Below, one piece after another: positions 1 through 10,711 of a DNA stretch of 64,000 bases. The stretch is taken from contig NC_086124.1 in the NCBI RefSeq assembly GCF_963921235.1, forward strand, positions 28,148,001 through 28,212,000. The letters run 5' to 3'. Origin of the DNA: Mobula hypostoma (lineage: Eukaryota). Position 1 is the first letter of the stretch. Every line of letters starts with the position of its first letter. A model generated the notes under the pieces. It ran no database searches. It was not told the origin of the DNA and was given only the letters and a program-made list of their open reading frames with translations. The translations under genes and the position numbers were made by a program.

Positions 1-165
1 AGACCTGGACTGAACACACTGTTCCAAGTGAGGTATAACCAGGGTTTTGTAGAACTGCATCATTACCTGTCAGCTCTTGAACTCAATCCCTCGACTAATG
101 AAGGCCAACATACCATATGCCTTCTTAACCACAATTTCAACTTTCATAGCAACGTTGAGGTGACT

Positions 166-365
166 NNNNNNNNNNNNNNNNNNNNNNNNNNNNNNNNNNN
201 NNNNNNNNNNNNNNNNNNNNNNNNNNNNNNNNNNNNNNNNNNNNNNNNNNNNNNNNNNNNNNNNNNNNNNNNNNNNNNNNNNNNNNNNNNNNNNNNNNNN
301 NNNNNNNNNNNNNNNNNNNNNNNNNNNNNNNNNNNNNNNNNNNNNNNNNNNNNNNNNNNNNNNNN
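166..365. other. Assembly gap (200 N)
   Basis: Run of exactly 200 N, a round length typical of a scaffolding spacer. Confidence 0.99.
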
Positions 366-539
366 CCGGTTGTCTTATGAGAAAGGGTCAGACAGGCTGG
401 GCTTGTATCCACTGAGGTCAGAAATGTCCTAATTGGCTTATTACAATACACCGAGGGAGAGTAAAAAGTATTTGTGAGCATGATATCCAAACCATCATTC
501 CATATATACAAGGTAGTACAAAAGCAAGTACTTGGGAGA

Positions 540-1470
540 ACTCGTGGAGGGTTCCCTAAATGTTAATTTGTCAGTTGAATCAATGGTAAGGGAGGCAAAT
601 GCAATGTCAGCATTCTTTTCCTATGGACTCAAATATGAAAGCAGGAATCTATTGCCGGGCCTCATTAGGCATTGATCAAATCCGCACTTGAAGTATTATG
701 AGCAGTTTTGGGCCTCTTATCTAAGAAAGGATATACCGGAATTAGAGAAGGCCCAGAGGAGGTTCATGAGAATGATCCCAGGAAGGAAAGTATTAACCAA
801 GAGAAAACACAAATCCGAGGTGCAAAGGGAATTGGAGGTCCTCGAACAGGATTCTCTAAAGGTTAATTTGCAGGTGGAGTCAGGAGTAAGGAAGGCAAGT
901 GCAGTGTTACCGTTCTTTTATGCTGAGGCTTCATAAGAGATTGGTCTTAAGCAGTTTGAGTATTGGAGAGGGTCCGAATGAGGATAACGAGAATGATCCT
1001 GACAATGCAAGGGTTAACATATGATGAGAATTTGATGGCTCTGGGCCTGTACTTGGTGGAGTTTAGCAGAATGATGGGGGTGGGGGATGAGGGTGTATGT
1101 ATCATTCAATCCTATCAAATACTGAAACGCCTAGACAGAGTGGACGTGGAGAGGATGTTTCCTCTCATGGGGGAGTCGAGCACCAGAGGACACAGCCTCA
1201 GAATAGAAGGACATCCTTTTAGAACAGAGATGAGAAGGAATTTCTTTAGGTAAGTCCCTGAATTCATTGCCACAGACTGCTCTGGAGGCCACGTCACTGG
1301 GTAGATTTAAAGATGAAGTTGAAAGCTTCTTCATCATTAAGGGTGTCAAAGGTTACGGGGAGAAGGCAGAAATACGGGGTTGAGTGGATAATAAATTAGC
1401 CATGAAATGCCTAAGCAGGTTCAATAGGCCAAATGGACTAATTCTGCTCCTATAATTTATGATCTTATGG
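540..1470 (+). mobile_element. CR1 LINE 3' fragments (degenerate)
   Basis: ORFs 688-936 and 963-1253 (YEQFWASYLRKD, ERMFPLMGESSTRGHSLRIEGHPFRTEMRRNFF) match the CR1 ORF2 C-terminus; a CR1-type 3' UTR follows. Confidence 0.85.
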
Positions 1471-2559
1471 TGATCAGCATGGTCCACTTGGACAGAAGTG
1501 CACATATCTGTATTACTCCATGACTGATGTAGAAAGGAGAGATACTAGTCCTCACCAGGTTACAGCAGGATTCTGTTCCTGTGAAACAATCGCAACCTGA
1601 ATGGGTTGAAAATGTGATCCAAATCACCCAATCATGTGGCAGCAACTCAATTCATCAAAGCATGCAGACATGGCCAAGAGGTCCAGTTGTTGTTCAGACC
1701 AAACATCAGATTGGGGAAGAAATGTGATCTGAGTGACTTTCACCATGGAATCTAGTCAAGATGGTGCCTGTGTACAACGTCCCGCTGGTCAACGTCTATG
1801 AGATAGTCAATGAATCTGTTTATTTCACTTCTTTTACGTCTGCTTTTCATCTGAAATGTGTTTCTGGAACTGTTAAGAGCCTGTGATTTACAGTTTGGAG
1901 ATCAATTGAGTGATCTAGTGCTTTGCTGTCTCCAGGAAGATTCCAGGAAGCTCAAACAGCCTCAGGGCGAAGCAGCTTAAAGGTAAGGCAGGGGCCAATG
2001 ATCGACTCCATTTGCCGAGTAAAGTGTCGAGGAAGATTGAATCTGAGGCAACTGCTTGCCTTTTGATTGCAGGGATGGACTTCTCTGCTGTCAGAGGAGT
2101 TTGTGTGGTGCCTTTCACTCTTTGTTGTTGGAGGGCAGGCCTCTGTGTTTGAGTGGTCTCTCTCTCTCTCTTTCACTGTTGGTCAGAGGATATTACCAGG
2201 TTCTGAATTTATGGATTGGACTATGGACTTCCAGTCTTATTTTTTTATATTCTATGTTTTCCCCTGTTCTTTCACCTTGTTATTGCATAGCATGTTTTGT
2301 TAGTTTTTTGTGTGGGGGAGGGGGTTTAGATGGGTTGATGTTCTTGTAGCGTTTTGATTTTTTTGTGCAGGGTGGGGGTTTGGGGGGGTTTGATGTTCCT
2401 GTTCAGTTTTGGTTTTTTTTTGCAGTGGAGGGGTGGGGGTTTGATGTTTATCTTTGAATGACTTCCATGGATTTCTTTTTTTTCCTGGCTATCTGGAGAA
2501 ATGAATCTCAGAGTTGAATACTGAATACATAGTTTGATAATAAATGAACTTTTGAACAA

Positions 2560-2930
2560 TTGCTGATGCATGACAGGTTGGTTTGAGTATCTCAGAAATT
2601 GTTGAGCTCCCGGGATTTTCAGGTACAAGTCTCGAGAGTTTAAAGTGAACAGTGTGATAAACAAACAAAAAAAATTATCTACTGAGTGGCAGTTGTGGGC
2701 AAAAATGCCTTGTTAGTGAGATTTCAGAGGAGAATGGCCAGACTGGTTCCAGCTAACAGGAACACGACAGTAACTGAAAGAACCGTCTGTTACAATGGTA
2801 GTGTGCAGAAGAGCATCACTGAACGCAAACATTTCGAACGCTGAAGTGGATGAGCTACAGCAGCATAAGACCATGACTGGTCACTTTATTATGTAGAGGA
2901 GGTGCCCAATAAAGTGGCCACTGAGTATAT
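2560..2930. mobile_element. Tc1/mariner-derived non-autonomous remnant
   Basis: Ends in CCAATAAAGTGGCCACTGAGTATA (TIR-like, TA end). The same family recurs at about 1630-1750, 3770-4231 + 6983-7080, 16270-16440 and 46290-46510. Confidence 0.75.
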
Positions 2931-3008
2931 AATATAGTTTTGGACAGAGTGTGAACCAGATCATCACCAGTACACTGGACCCCAAATTATTCAGACTCTG
3001 AGCCTTAC

Positions 3009-3290
3009 CCCAAACTGCATGTAGCTTGTCAGGGACGCTCAAATGCTCGATTTCACAAGTGTAAGTGTCACCCTTCTCGGGGTCAATTTCGACCTGTAGC
3101 CAGACTTGGAACGTCCTATCCCGGTTGGGTAAAATTCTCGTCATTAGCACTTCCTGATCGATCGCCACACCATTCCGCAGCCATGTTGCGTGGATTTTCT
3201 TGGGATAAAATCCATGCACTTGGCATGTCAGGGTCAAGGTATTCTCTCCGTTCTTCAGGTGTCTTGAGGTTATTGTGATCATCGGCTTTG
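3009..3290 (-). CDS. MHC-family gene, exon 3: Ig C1-set domain (class I alpha3 / W-category beta2-like)
   Basis: Acceptor ...tccactgcag and donor GTAAGG; 282 nt, phase 1-1, open. (A)KPMITITSRHLKNGENTLTLTCQVHGFYPKKIHATWLRNG...ILPNRDRTFQVWLQVEIDPEKGDTYTCEIEHLSVPDKLHAVW carries the C..GFYP..W, YxC and H C1-set hallmarks. Confidence 0.92.
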
Positions 3291-4231
3291 CTGCAGTGGA
3301 CAGAAACACATTGAAGCTGAACTTGGTTACAGGATCAAAAAAAGTAGAGAGTAACGGAATTTCAAAGTTCAAAGTATGTTTACTATTAAAGCATGTGTAT
3401 ATCATACAACCTTGAGATTACAGCATGACAGAATGGAGGAACAGACACAATGGGTCGAAAGGCCTAATTCTGTTCCTATGTTTATTCACCTCCCTAAATG
3501 CTGCCTGGCCTGCTGAATTCGTGCGGGTGTGTGTGTGTGCTGTTTTGGATTGCCAACATCTGCAGAATCTTTTCTGTTTTGAAACTGTCCCCTGGTCATA
3601 TGCATCCGACCAGGGGTATGGTTCTTTTAATCACTCCCAAGTCACAGGAAAGTTCCAAGGACTGGTGGCAACCCAAAGTTTCCATAAGGTGGAAATACTT
3701 AGAAATGAAAATTTGCATGGTTCAGTTAATTAGCTGCAGGTTAGTGCAGATCAGAATCAGGTTTAATATCATTCAATATCCACTTTATTATGTACACTTG
3801 CTCATTAATATAAACCTCTTATCAGCCAATCATGTTCCAGCAACTCAATGCATAAAAGCATGCAGACGTTGTCAAGAGGTTCAGTTGTTGTTCAGACCAA
3901 ACATCAGAATGGGGAAGAAATGCAATCTAATTAACTTTGACCATGGACCAGATGGGGTGGTCTGAGTATCTCAGAAACTGCTGATCTCCTGGGATTTTCA
4001 TACACAACGGTCTCTGGAGTTCACAGAGAACGTTGCGACAAAGAAAAAACATCCAATGAGCAGCAGTTTTGTGGGTCTTGTTAATGAGAGAGGTCAGAGG
4101 AGGATGGCCAGACTGGTTCAATCTGACAGGACGAGGATAGTAACTCAAATCACCATGTGTTACAGCAGTGGTGTGCAGAAGAGCATCTCTGAATGTACAA
4201 CATGTCACACCTCAAAGTGATTGAGCTACAG

Positions 4232-6982
4232 CAGTGATTCCCAAGGGGAGTGCGGTATTGTATGATGTCATGGGGGAGGGCAGTAAATGGCACCCCCTTA
4301 CTTGAGGCTTGAGACCTGACCGACCGTTAGTAGAGTAGGCACTTCCGACAAAAAGGATGAGGCACTGGAACACAGGAAGAACCACAGCTCAGCAGGCGGT
4401 GAGCACTTGTCCTCACAACAAGTCTGAAATTTGACAATCTCGTCCAACTTTACCAACCAAACAGACATTATTGAGGATGCGCAAATTAGCAACCAGGGTG
4501 TCCAACAGTTACCCTTGACTTGCAGCATGGAACGAGTTCGTGCAATTTAACAGTTAATAGGTCAAGTACACCCTCTCAACCTTCGCAACAGATCTCTAGA
4601 AAACAGGTCACGCAGCCGGAACCAAGTGATGAAATAGAGTCAATCAGTGAACCCGTCAACACTGAGGAATCCTCTTGAGGTGTTCAAAGTGACCTCGGCT
4701 TCATACGTGCGGTCAAGAACCATCTTTGGGGATTACGAGACTTCACGTGACTGGTCAATCGTGCTAACTGGAATAGTAAGAAGATGGCTTCCCAAACACA
4801 AGTTCTGTCCCGACTAACATTTGATTCCAATCTGAATCCTTGTCAATGTAATTTTTGCAGTTGTGATCGTCTTCATCTTTGCCTCGCTGTTCCTTTGCGT
4901 GCCGCTGCCATCGTTCCATCCGTGTCAACTCACTGCCGTCAACATCCGATAGGCATTCCCAGTGGTGTTAATTTATTATTTTAATGTAGCCCCGTTAACG
5001 GTGGGTAAGTACGTACGGTGCGATCTCTACAAGTTTGAAGGCAGTGAAGCCTTGAATTCTAATCCTGCTAAGAAACAGAAACTACACAAAGTGTGCCAAT
5101 ACAAAGTTACGTACCTGAAATATGGTTTTATTCCATCCCATTAGATCAGCAGCGCCCCATGTTTCCTATTTGTAATACTGTACTGTCTAATGAATCCATG
5201 AAACTATCAAGATTGCAGGAACGCTTCTGCAAAAGACACCTTGAAAAGGCTACTTATGGTATTACTCGGTTCCAGAAGATGAAAGAAGCATTGGAAAACC
5301 ATTGCACACGCAAGTCATTTGCCAAGAAATGACCTTGCTTGTGGTCTCGTTGCTTCTTATATCATTTCCAAAATGATAGCAAGCTGTGCAAAATCTCATA
5401 CAATTGGTGGAAGATTAATAATGCCTGCTGCATCAGAAGTGCTCACAACTGTTCTCAAAATGGAAACCAGTATTTTAAAATAATTTCCTCTAAGCAATAG
5501 CTCATCGTATTGATGAAATGAGTGAAGAGGTGGAATATCAACTTTGCACAGAGCCACAAAAAACAGAAGTTGGGATATAACTGGATGAGTCAACTGTGCA
5601 AGCCAACACAGCATTGCTAATGGCATATGTACGGTTTATCTAAAAGGGAGAAGTTTAGGAAGTGATTCTCTTTTGTAAAAAGTTAAAAACATATCAACAG
5701 AGAATCAATCTATGACGACCTCAAAATGCATATTGAGGATGAAAGTATTTCAATTAGGAACATGATTTCTTGTACAACAGATGGAGCACCATATATAACA
5801 GGTTGCCAAGCTAGTTTAGTGGCATTAATGAAAAAATAAATTCCAAGTTTGTTTACATCCATTGTGTAATTCATCATCAACACCTCGCAGCCAAAAACCT
5901 CAGCTAGTGACTTTTTTCAAGCATGACTCCTTTAATATCTGCTATCAACAAAATTAAAGATCATCCATTAAATAGCAGAATATTTCACCATTTATGCCAA
6001 AATATCAATGCAGAGATTGAACGCTTGTTTCTTCACACTGAAGTGTGTCGGCTGTCAAAAGCTGCTCCTTAAAACACTTCTTTGATCTTTTTGCACTGGC
6101 GGAAGTCAATGAGATTGGACTTCTATATGGAGATGTGGCAAACCAAGCCAATCTGTATGACAAACTGAATATTCTAAATATGAAACTGCTGGGTGAAAAC
6201 TTAAATTTAATCCAGACAAAAAGTGCAATGCCCACTTTTATCAGAAAATTGAAAAATATATAAGCAAAACATTGGGAGAAGAATGTTCTCAGTTTCCCTG
6301 CATGGAAAGTATGGCACTCTCTTTCACAGATGGTGATTTGCAAGAGTGCTCCTTACACCTGCAGTCACCGAAGAAAGATTTTCAGAATTGATTCAAGGAT
6401 TTGAACGCTCCAGAAATTCCGGACTGGGTAATTACCCTATTCCTTTGCAAGGTGGAAGAACAGGAAGAAAGCTTGCAAGAAAAAATTATCAAAATTCAGA
6501 ATAAGGGAGAAGCAAAAATGCTTATTTAAAAACATCAACTTTTGTGCTATGTGGCTAGAGGGTCATATGAAGTTTCCTGGTCTTTGAAGATGAGCCAAAC
6601 TGCTCTTCATTGTATTTCTATCCTCCTACCTTATTGAAAGTGCAGTGAACCACAAACTCACAAAAAACAGAAACCGCTTGGATATTGTCATGCGTGGGGA
6701 CTTAAGGCTTTTGCTGTCACAACTTGAACCAGATATTTCAACTCTTGCTAAAAACCTTCAAGCTTAAGGATCACATTCACGTCAAAGCTGCTGTACAGTG
6801 TGTAGGTACTTAGTAAGTTAGTTTTAAAGACCAATAACAATTTAAATCAGAATCAGTTTTCTCATGTCAGCATATGGTAGACATGTTTTTACACCATGGG
6901 GGTGCCAGAAAGTGCGTTGTGCCTTAGAAGAGCATTAGCAAGAATGAAAGTGCTTTAGGGAGGTGTTGGGCTAAAAACAGTT
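4232..6982 (+). mobile_element. Decayed hAT transposon, Buster/SCAND3-ZBED5-like
   Basis: Left end CAGTGATTCCCAA. Transposase remnants across several frames: YLKYGF and C..C..LSNESMK (BED finger), LDEST, TDGAP, HCVIHHQHLAAK, HTEV, KNRNRLD..DLRLLLSQLEPDI. Many stops and frameshifts. Lies in intron 2 of the MHC gene. Confidence 0.85.
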
Positions 6983-7724
6983 GAAAACAGTAGGCTGCAG
7001 CAACAGAAGACCACGAACATACACTCAGTTTCCACTTTATTAGCTACAGGAGAAACCTCATAAAGTGGTCACTGAGTATAAGGTCTTTTTGCTGACAAGT
7101 TTGCTGTCTTCTGCCAGCAATATGGTGTAATACATAAAAGGAATAAATTACAAAAACAAACATATTTAAATGAAATAAATAGTTCGAATAGAGAGCAAAA
7201 ATAGTGAGGTTATGTTCATGGGGTTTTTATGGACTGTTCATAAATCTGATGGGAGAAGGGAAGAAACTTTTCCTGAACCCTTGAGCGTATGCCTTCAGGC
7301 TCCTGTACCTCCTCCCTGAAAGTAGCACTGAGAAGAGGGCATGTCCTGGGTGGTGAGGGTCTTTAATGATGGATGATGCCTTTTTGAGGCATCACTCCTT
7401 GAAGATTCCTGAATGCTAAGGAGGCTCGTACCCATGATGGAACTGAGTTCACAAAATTCTGCAGCTTCTTTCAACCCTTTGCAGTATCTACACCCTCTCC
7501 CCCCATGTGCAGCCAGTTATACCTCTCCACGGTAAATCTGTAGAAATTTGCGCACATCTTTAACATACCAAATCTCCTCAAACTCGTAATGAAATATGGC
7601 CGCTGTCGTGCCATTTTGTAACTGCCTTGACATGTAGGCCCCAGGATAGATCCATAGAGACATTGATGTCTAATAACTTGAAATTGCTCACTCCCTCCAC
7701 TTCTGATCCCTCTTTGAGGACTGG

Positions 7725-8300
7725 TGTGTGTGTTCCCTTGTTTTGCCCTCTCTGTCAGCCTCTGCCACACAGCCTACTTGAACATCGCCTTGAAAACAAA
7801 ACTTTAATTCCACTTCCCACTCCCATGCCATGGCCTCCTCTTCTGTCAGGATGAGGCCGCACTCAGGTTGGAGGAGTAACATCTTATATTCCACCTGGGT
7901 AGCCTCCAACCTGTTTGCAGGACCACCGATTTCCCGAACTTCCAGTAATGCCCCCCCCCACTTCATCATTCCCCATTCCCTTTTCCCTCTTTCACCTTAC
8001 CTGCACATCACCTCCCTCTGGTGCTTCCCCCCTTTCTTTCTTCCATGCCCTTCTGTCCTCTCCTATCAGATTCCTCCTCCTCCAGCCCTGCACCTCTTTT
8101 CCCAATCAACTTCCCAGCTCCTTACTTCACCCCTCTCCACCTCCTAACTCTGACTCCTCAACTTGTTTCTCCAGTCCTGATGAAGGGTCTCAGCCCGAAA
8201 CGTCGTCTCTTCTCTTTTCCATAGATGCTGCCTGGCCTGCTGAGCTCCTCCAGCACTTTGTGTGTGCTGCTTGGATTTCCAGCATCTGCAGATTTTTTTG
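7725..8300 (+). mobile_element. Penelope-derived 3' fragment (GIY-YIG tail + terminal repeat)
   Basis: ORF tail VRMRPHSGWRSNILYSTWVASNL parallels the end of the 38555-39916 element; ends in the common GATGAAGGGTCTC...GCTGCCTGGCCTGCTGAG...TTTGTGTGTG repeat. Confidence 0.75.
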
Positions 8301-8315
8301 TGAAAATAAACTTAC

Positions 8316-8573
8316 CCGTCAGAGCTTGAACAGCCTGGTGAACGATCTCCATGGCAACAGGCATGGCATTAACACAGCAGGTAACATACTTGATAACCTC
8401 CGTATAGTGGTTCAGATCGTCCATGTAAGGCTTCACAATTGGATTGATGGCCACAAACTTTCCTGTTGTATAATTAAAGCGAACGGTCGTTTCTCCATTG
8501 TAAGCAAACTGCAGGGTAGCCATTGAAAACTGTGAACCTTTACCAGAGAAAGTCACTTGACCGATGTGCATTC
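8316..8573 (-). CDS. MHC-family gene, exon 2: membrane-distal domain (class I alpha2 / class II beta1-like)
   Basis: Acceptor ...ctgcttgccag and donor GTAAGT; 258 nt, phase 1-1, open. (G)MHIGQVTFSGKGSQFSMATLQFAYNGETTVRFNYTTGKFVAINPIVKPYMDDLNHYTEVIKYVTCCVNAMPVAMEIVHQAVQALT. GxHxxQ and QFAYxG match class I alpha2; YNxExxVRF...GxFxA...N matches class II beta1. Confidence 0.85.
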
Positions 8574-8699
8574 CTGGCAAGCAGATAATAATCGATCCGT
8601 TAGCCATTTGTGAGAGTGAAATGGCTCATTTTAAAACCTTAAAATTAATCAACCTGAAAGAACAAATTTGTCTCTCCCTTCTGTGGATACCTCACCATT

Positions 8700-9715
8700 C
8701 TGACGGCAACAGGTGCCACTCCTCCAGAGCCACCTCTCCCTCCCACCGTAAAACTCCAATAGCTGGGATTTGGTGGTGGTGCTGCTGACCCTTCACCCTC
8801 ACTCTCGGCACCCACCTCTTCCTCAGTTCGATGCCCACGTCCCCACCCACCTCTTCGCCCAAACCCCTCCTCGCCATTGAAGTGCCCTTCCCTCAACACC
8901 TCTCCCCACAGACATCTCTCCTCACTGTCCACACCCAACTCTCCACTCACTCCCTCTCTCCCTACCCACCCTCGGTGACTACTTCCCTCCCCAAACATCC
9001 TTGGCGGTCCCTCCCCACCCGCTCATCCATGGCCCCCTCTCCTCCCAATCTCTGTGCCCTCTATCCTCCCCACTCTCTGCACCCCAACAACTCCACTCCT
9101 CAGCCTTCAGTCCCACCCTTAGCACCCCTCTCCCTCCCCACACACCTTTGGCACCCTATTTCCTCTCCCACACACCCATCCCCAATATCCCCGCCCCTTC
9201 CGCCACCCCCTCAACAATACTCAATTCACCTCCACTCCCTCCCTACCTGTTCTCTCTCAGTGCCTCCTTCTCTTCCCATGCCCATTCGTTGCCCTCTCCC
9301 CTCTCCTTTGGAACGCCCTTCCCTCCCATTGTGCCCAGTCCACTGCCCTCCATTGGCACCCCCTCCTCCCCACCTTCCCTTTGCACCCCCTCCCCACCCT
9401 CCATTGGCACCCTTCCCCTCAGCTCTCCACCCTTCTTTGGTGCTCACTCCCCACCCTGCCTCAATGTCACTCCCCTCTCCTCCCCACCCTCCATCGGTAC
9501 TCATTCCCCTCCTCTCCCCTCTTAACTCTCCCTCAGTTCCCCTCCCCACCCTCCCTTGGTGCTACTCTCTCCACCTTCCTTCAGCGAGGTCTCCCTTTCC
9601 CTCCTGACCTTTACCTTCCCCTCCCTCCCTAGTTGCCCTCTTCCCTCTCTTGCCCACCCTCCCTCAGTGTCCCCACCCCTCTCTACCTCCCTACGCTCCA
9701 TCGGTGCCCCCTCCC
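8700..9715. repeat. C-rich (G-rich on gene sense strand) low-complexity tract in intron 1
   Basis: Dense CCCT/CCCCA runs for about 1 kb; the Pro-rich ORFs here are compositional artefacts. Confidence 0.9.
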
Positions 9716-10115
9716 ATCCCTGCCGCGCTGCGCTCCTCACCCAGGGCAGTGGAGCCGTTGAGGAGGAGGAGGAGGAAGGCGGCGAGCAGAGAGGGAGAGC
9801 GGCGTCGCCTCACGCCGGCCGGCGGCTCCTGAGACAGCGGGAGGAGCAGCTGGCTCACGGTTCGCGGAGACGGCATCATTCCCCACATCCCTTTCACCGA
9901 AGGCTGAGGACCTTGTCACACAGCCTCTACGCGCGAAACCGATCGCCAGCCGGCAGGTCCCGTAACGGGAGGCGATCGATGTAGAAGTTTCCCCGGCTGA
10001 GTGGACGGCCGCTGCCACAGACAGGCGGGGCGAGGCGGGAGAAACGCCTTCTGTTTCCACATGGCGCTTTATTCTCAACGAGACTCAACAACACTAGACG
10101 AAAAATGATTGGGAT
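9715..10115 (-). promoter_or_regulatory. CpG-island promoter of the MHC-family gene
   Basis: Local CpG enrichment against a CpG-poor background; GC-box-like GGCGGGGCGAGGCGGG near 10025; CCAATCA on the sense strand near 10107-10113; kappaB-like GGGAAACTTC (one mismatch) at 9984-9993. Confidence 0.65.
9741..9888 (-). CDS. MHC-family gene, exon 1: leader/signal peptide
   Basis: ATG at 9888 (in-frame ATGs at 9879 and 9876). MWGMMPSPRTVSQLLLPLSQEPPAGVRRRRSPSLLAAFLLLLLNGSTAL then G|GTGAGG donor, phase 1 (148 nt). Joins exon 2 in frame; basic n-region, Leu core and T-A-L-G cleavage region. Confidence 0.8.
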
Positions 10116-10152
10116 ACCAGCTGAGAGGAGCGTGGATGGGGTCGGGTAATAA

Positions 10153-10620
10153 CAGGTGAGGGGGAGGTAGGTGTGTGGGTGGGACACCAGGTGAGGGGGG
10201 GTAGTTGTGTGGGTGGGACACCAGGTGAGGGGGAGGTAGGTGTGTGGGTGAGATATCAGGTGAGGGGGAGGTAGGTGGAATACCAGGTGAAGGGGAATTG
10301 GGTGGGTGGGACACTAGATGAAGGGGAGGTAGGTGTGTGGGTGGGATACCATGTGAGGTGGGAGGTAGGTGTGTGGGTGGGACACGAGGTGAAGGGGAGA
10401 TAGGTGTGTGAGTGGGATACCAGATGAGAGGGAGGTAGGTTTGTGGGTGAGATACCAGGTGAGGGGGGAGGTAGGTGTTTGGGTGGGATACCAACTGGGG
10501 GGAGGTGGGTGGGTGGGATGCCAGGTGAGAACGGAGGTGTGTGGGTGTAATACCAGGTGAGGGGGAGGTGGAATGGGGTGAAAGCAGGTGAGGGGGAAGG
10601 TGGGTGGATGGGATACCAGT
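10153..10620 (+). repeat. G-rich minisatellite, about 33-35 bp unit, about 13-14 copies
   Basis: Unit approximately CAGGTGAGGGGGAGGTAGGTGTGTGGGTGGGACAC, repeated with variants. Confidence 0.9.
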
Positions 10621-10669
10621 TCATCAATAAGGTGGGTGATAGAAGGAGTATACCAGGTGAGAGGAACAG

Positions 10670-10673
<4 letters not shown>

Positions 10674-10709
<36 letters not shown>
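10674..10709. repeat. (TG)n microsatellite
   Basis: About 18 TG units followed by a G run. Confidence 0.97.

Positions 10710-10711
<2 letters not shown>

Noticed and set aside
1556-1578. 23-nt minus-strand micro-exon candidate (tttcacag|GAACAGAATCCTGCTGTAACCTG|gtgagg) downstream of the Ig exon
   Set aside because: Good splice signals, but no TM exon precedes it, it ends in phase 0 and it has no recognisable homology; could be chance.
10040-10140. Classical MHC S-X-Y promoter module
   Set aside because: Only a CCAAT in non-inverted orientation is visible; no convincing X1/X2 box.
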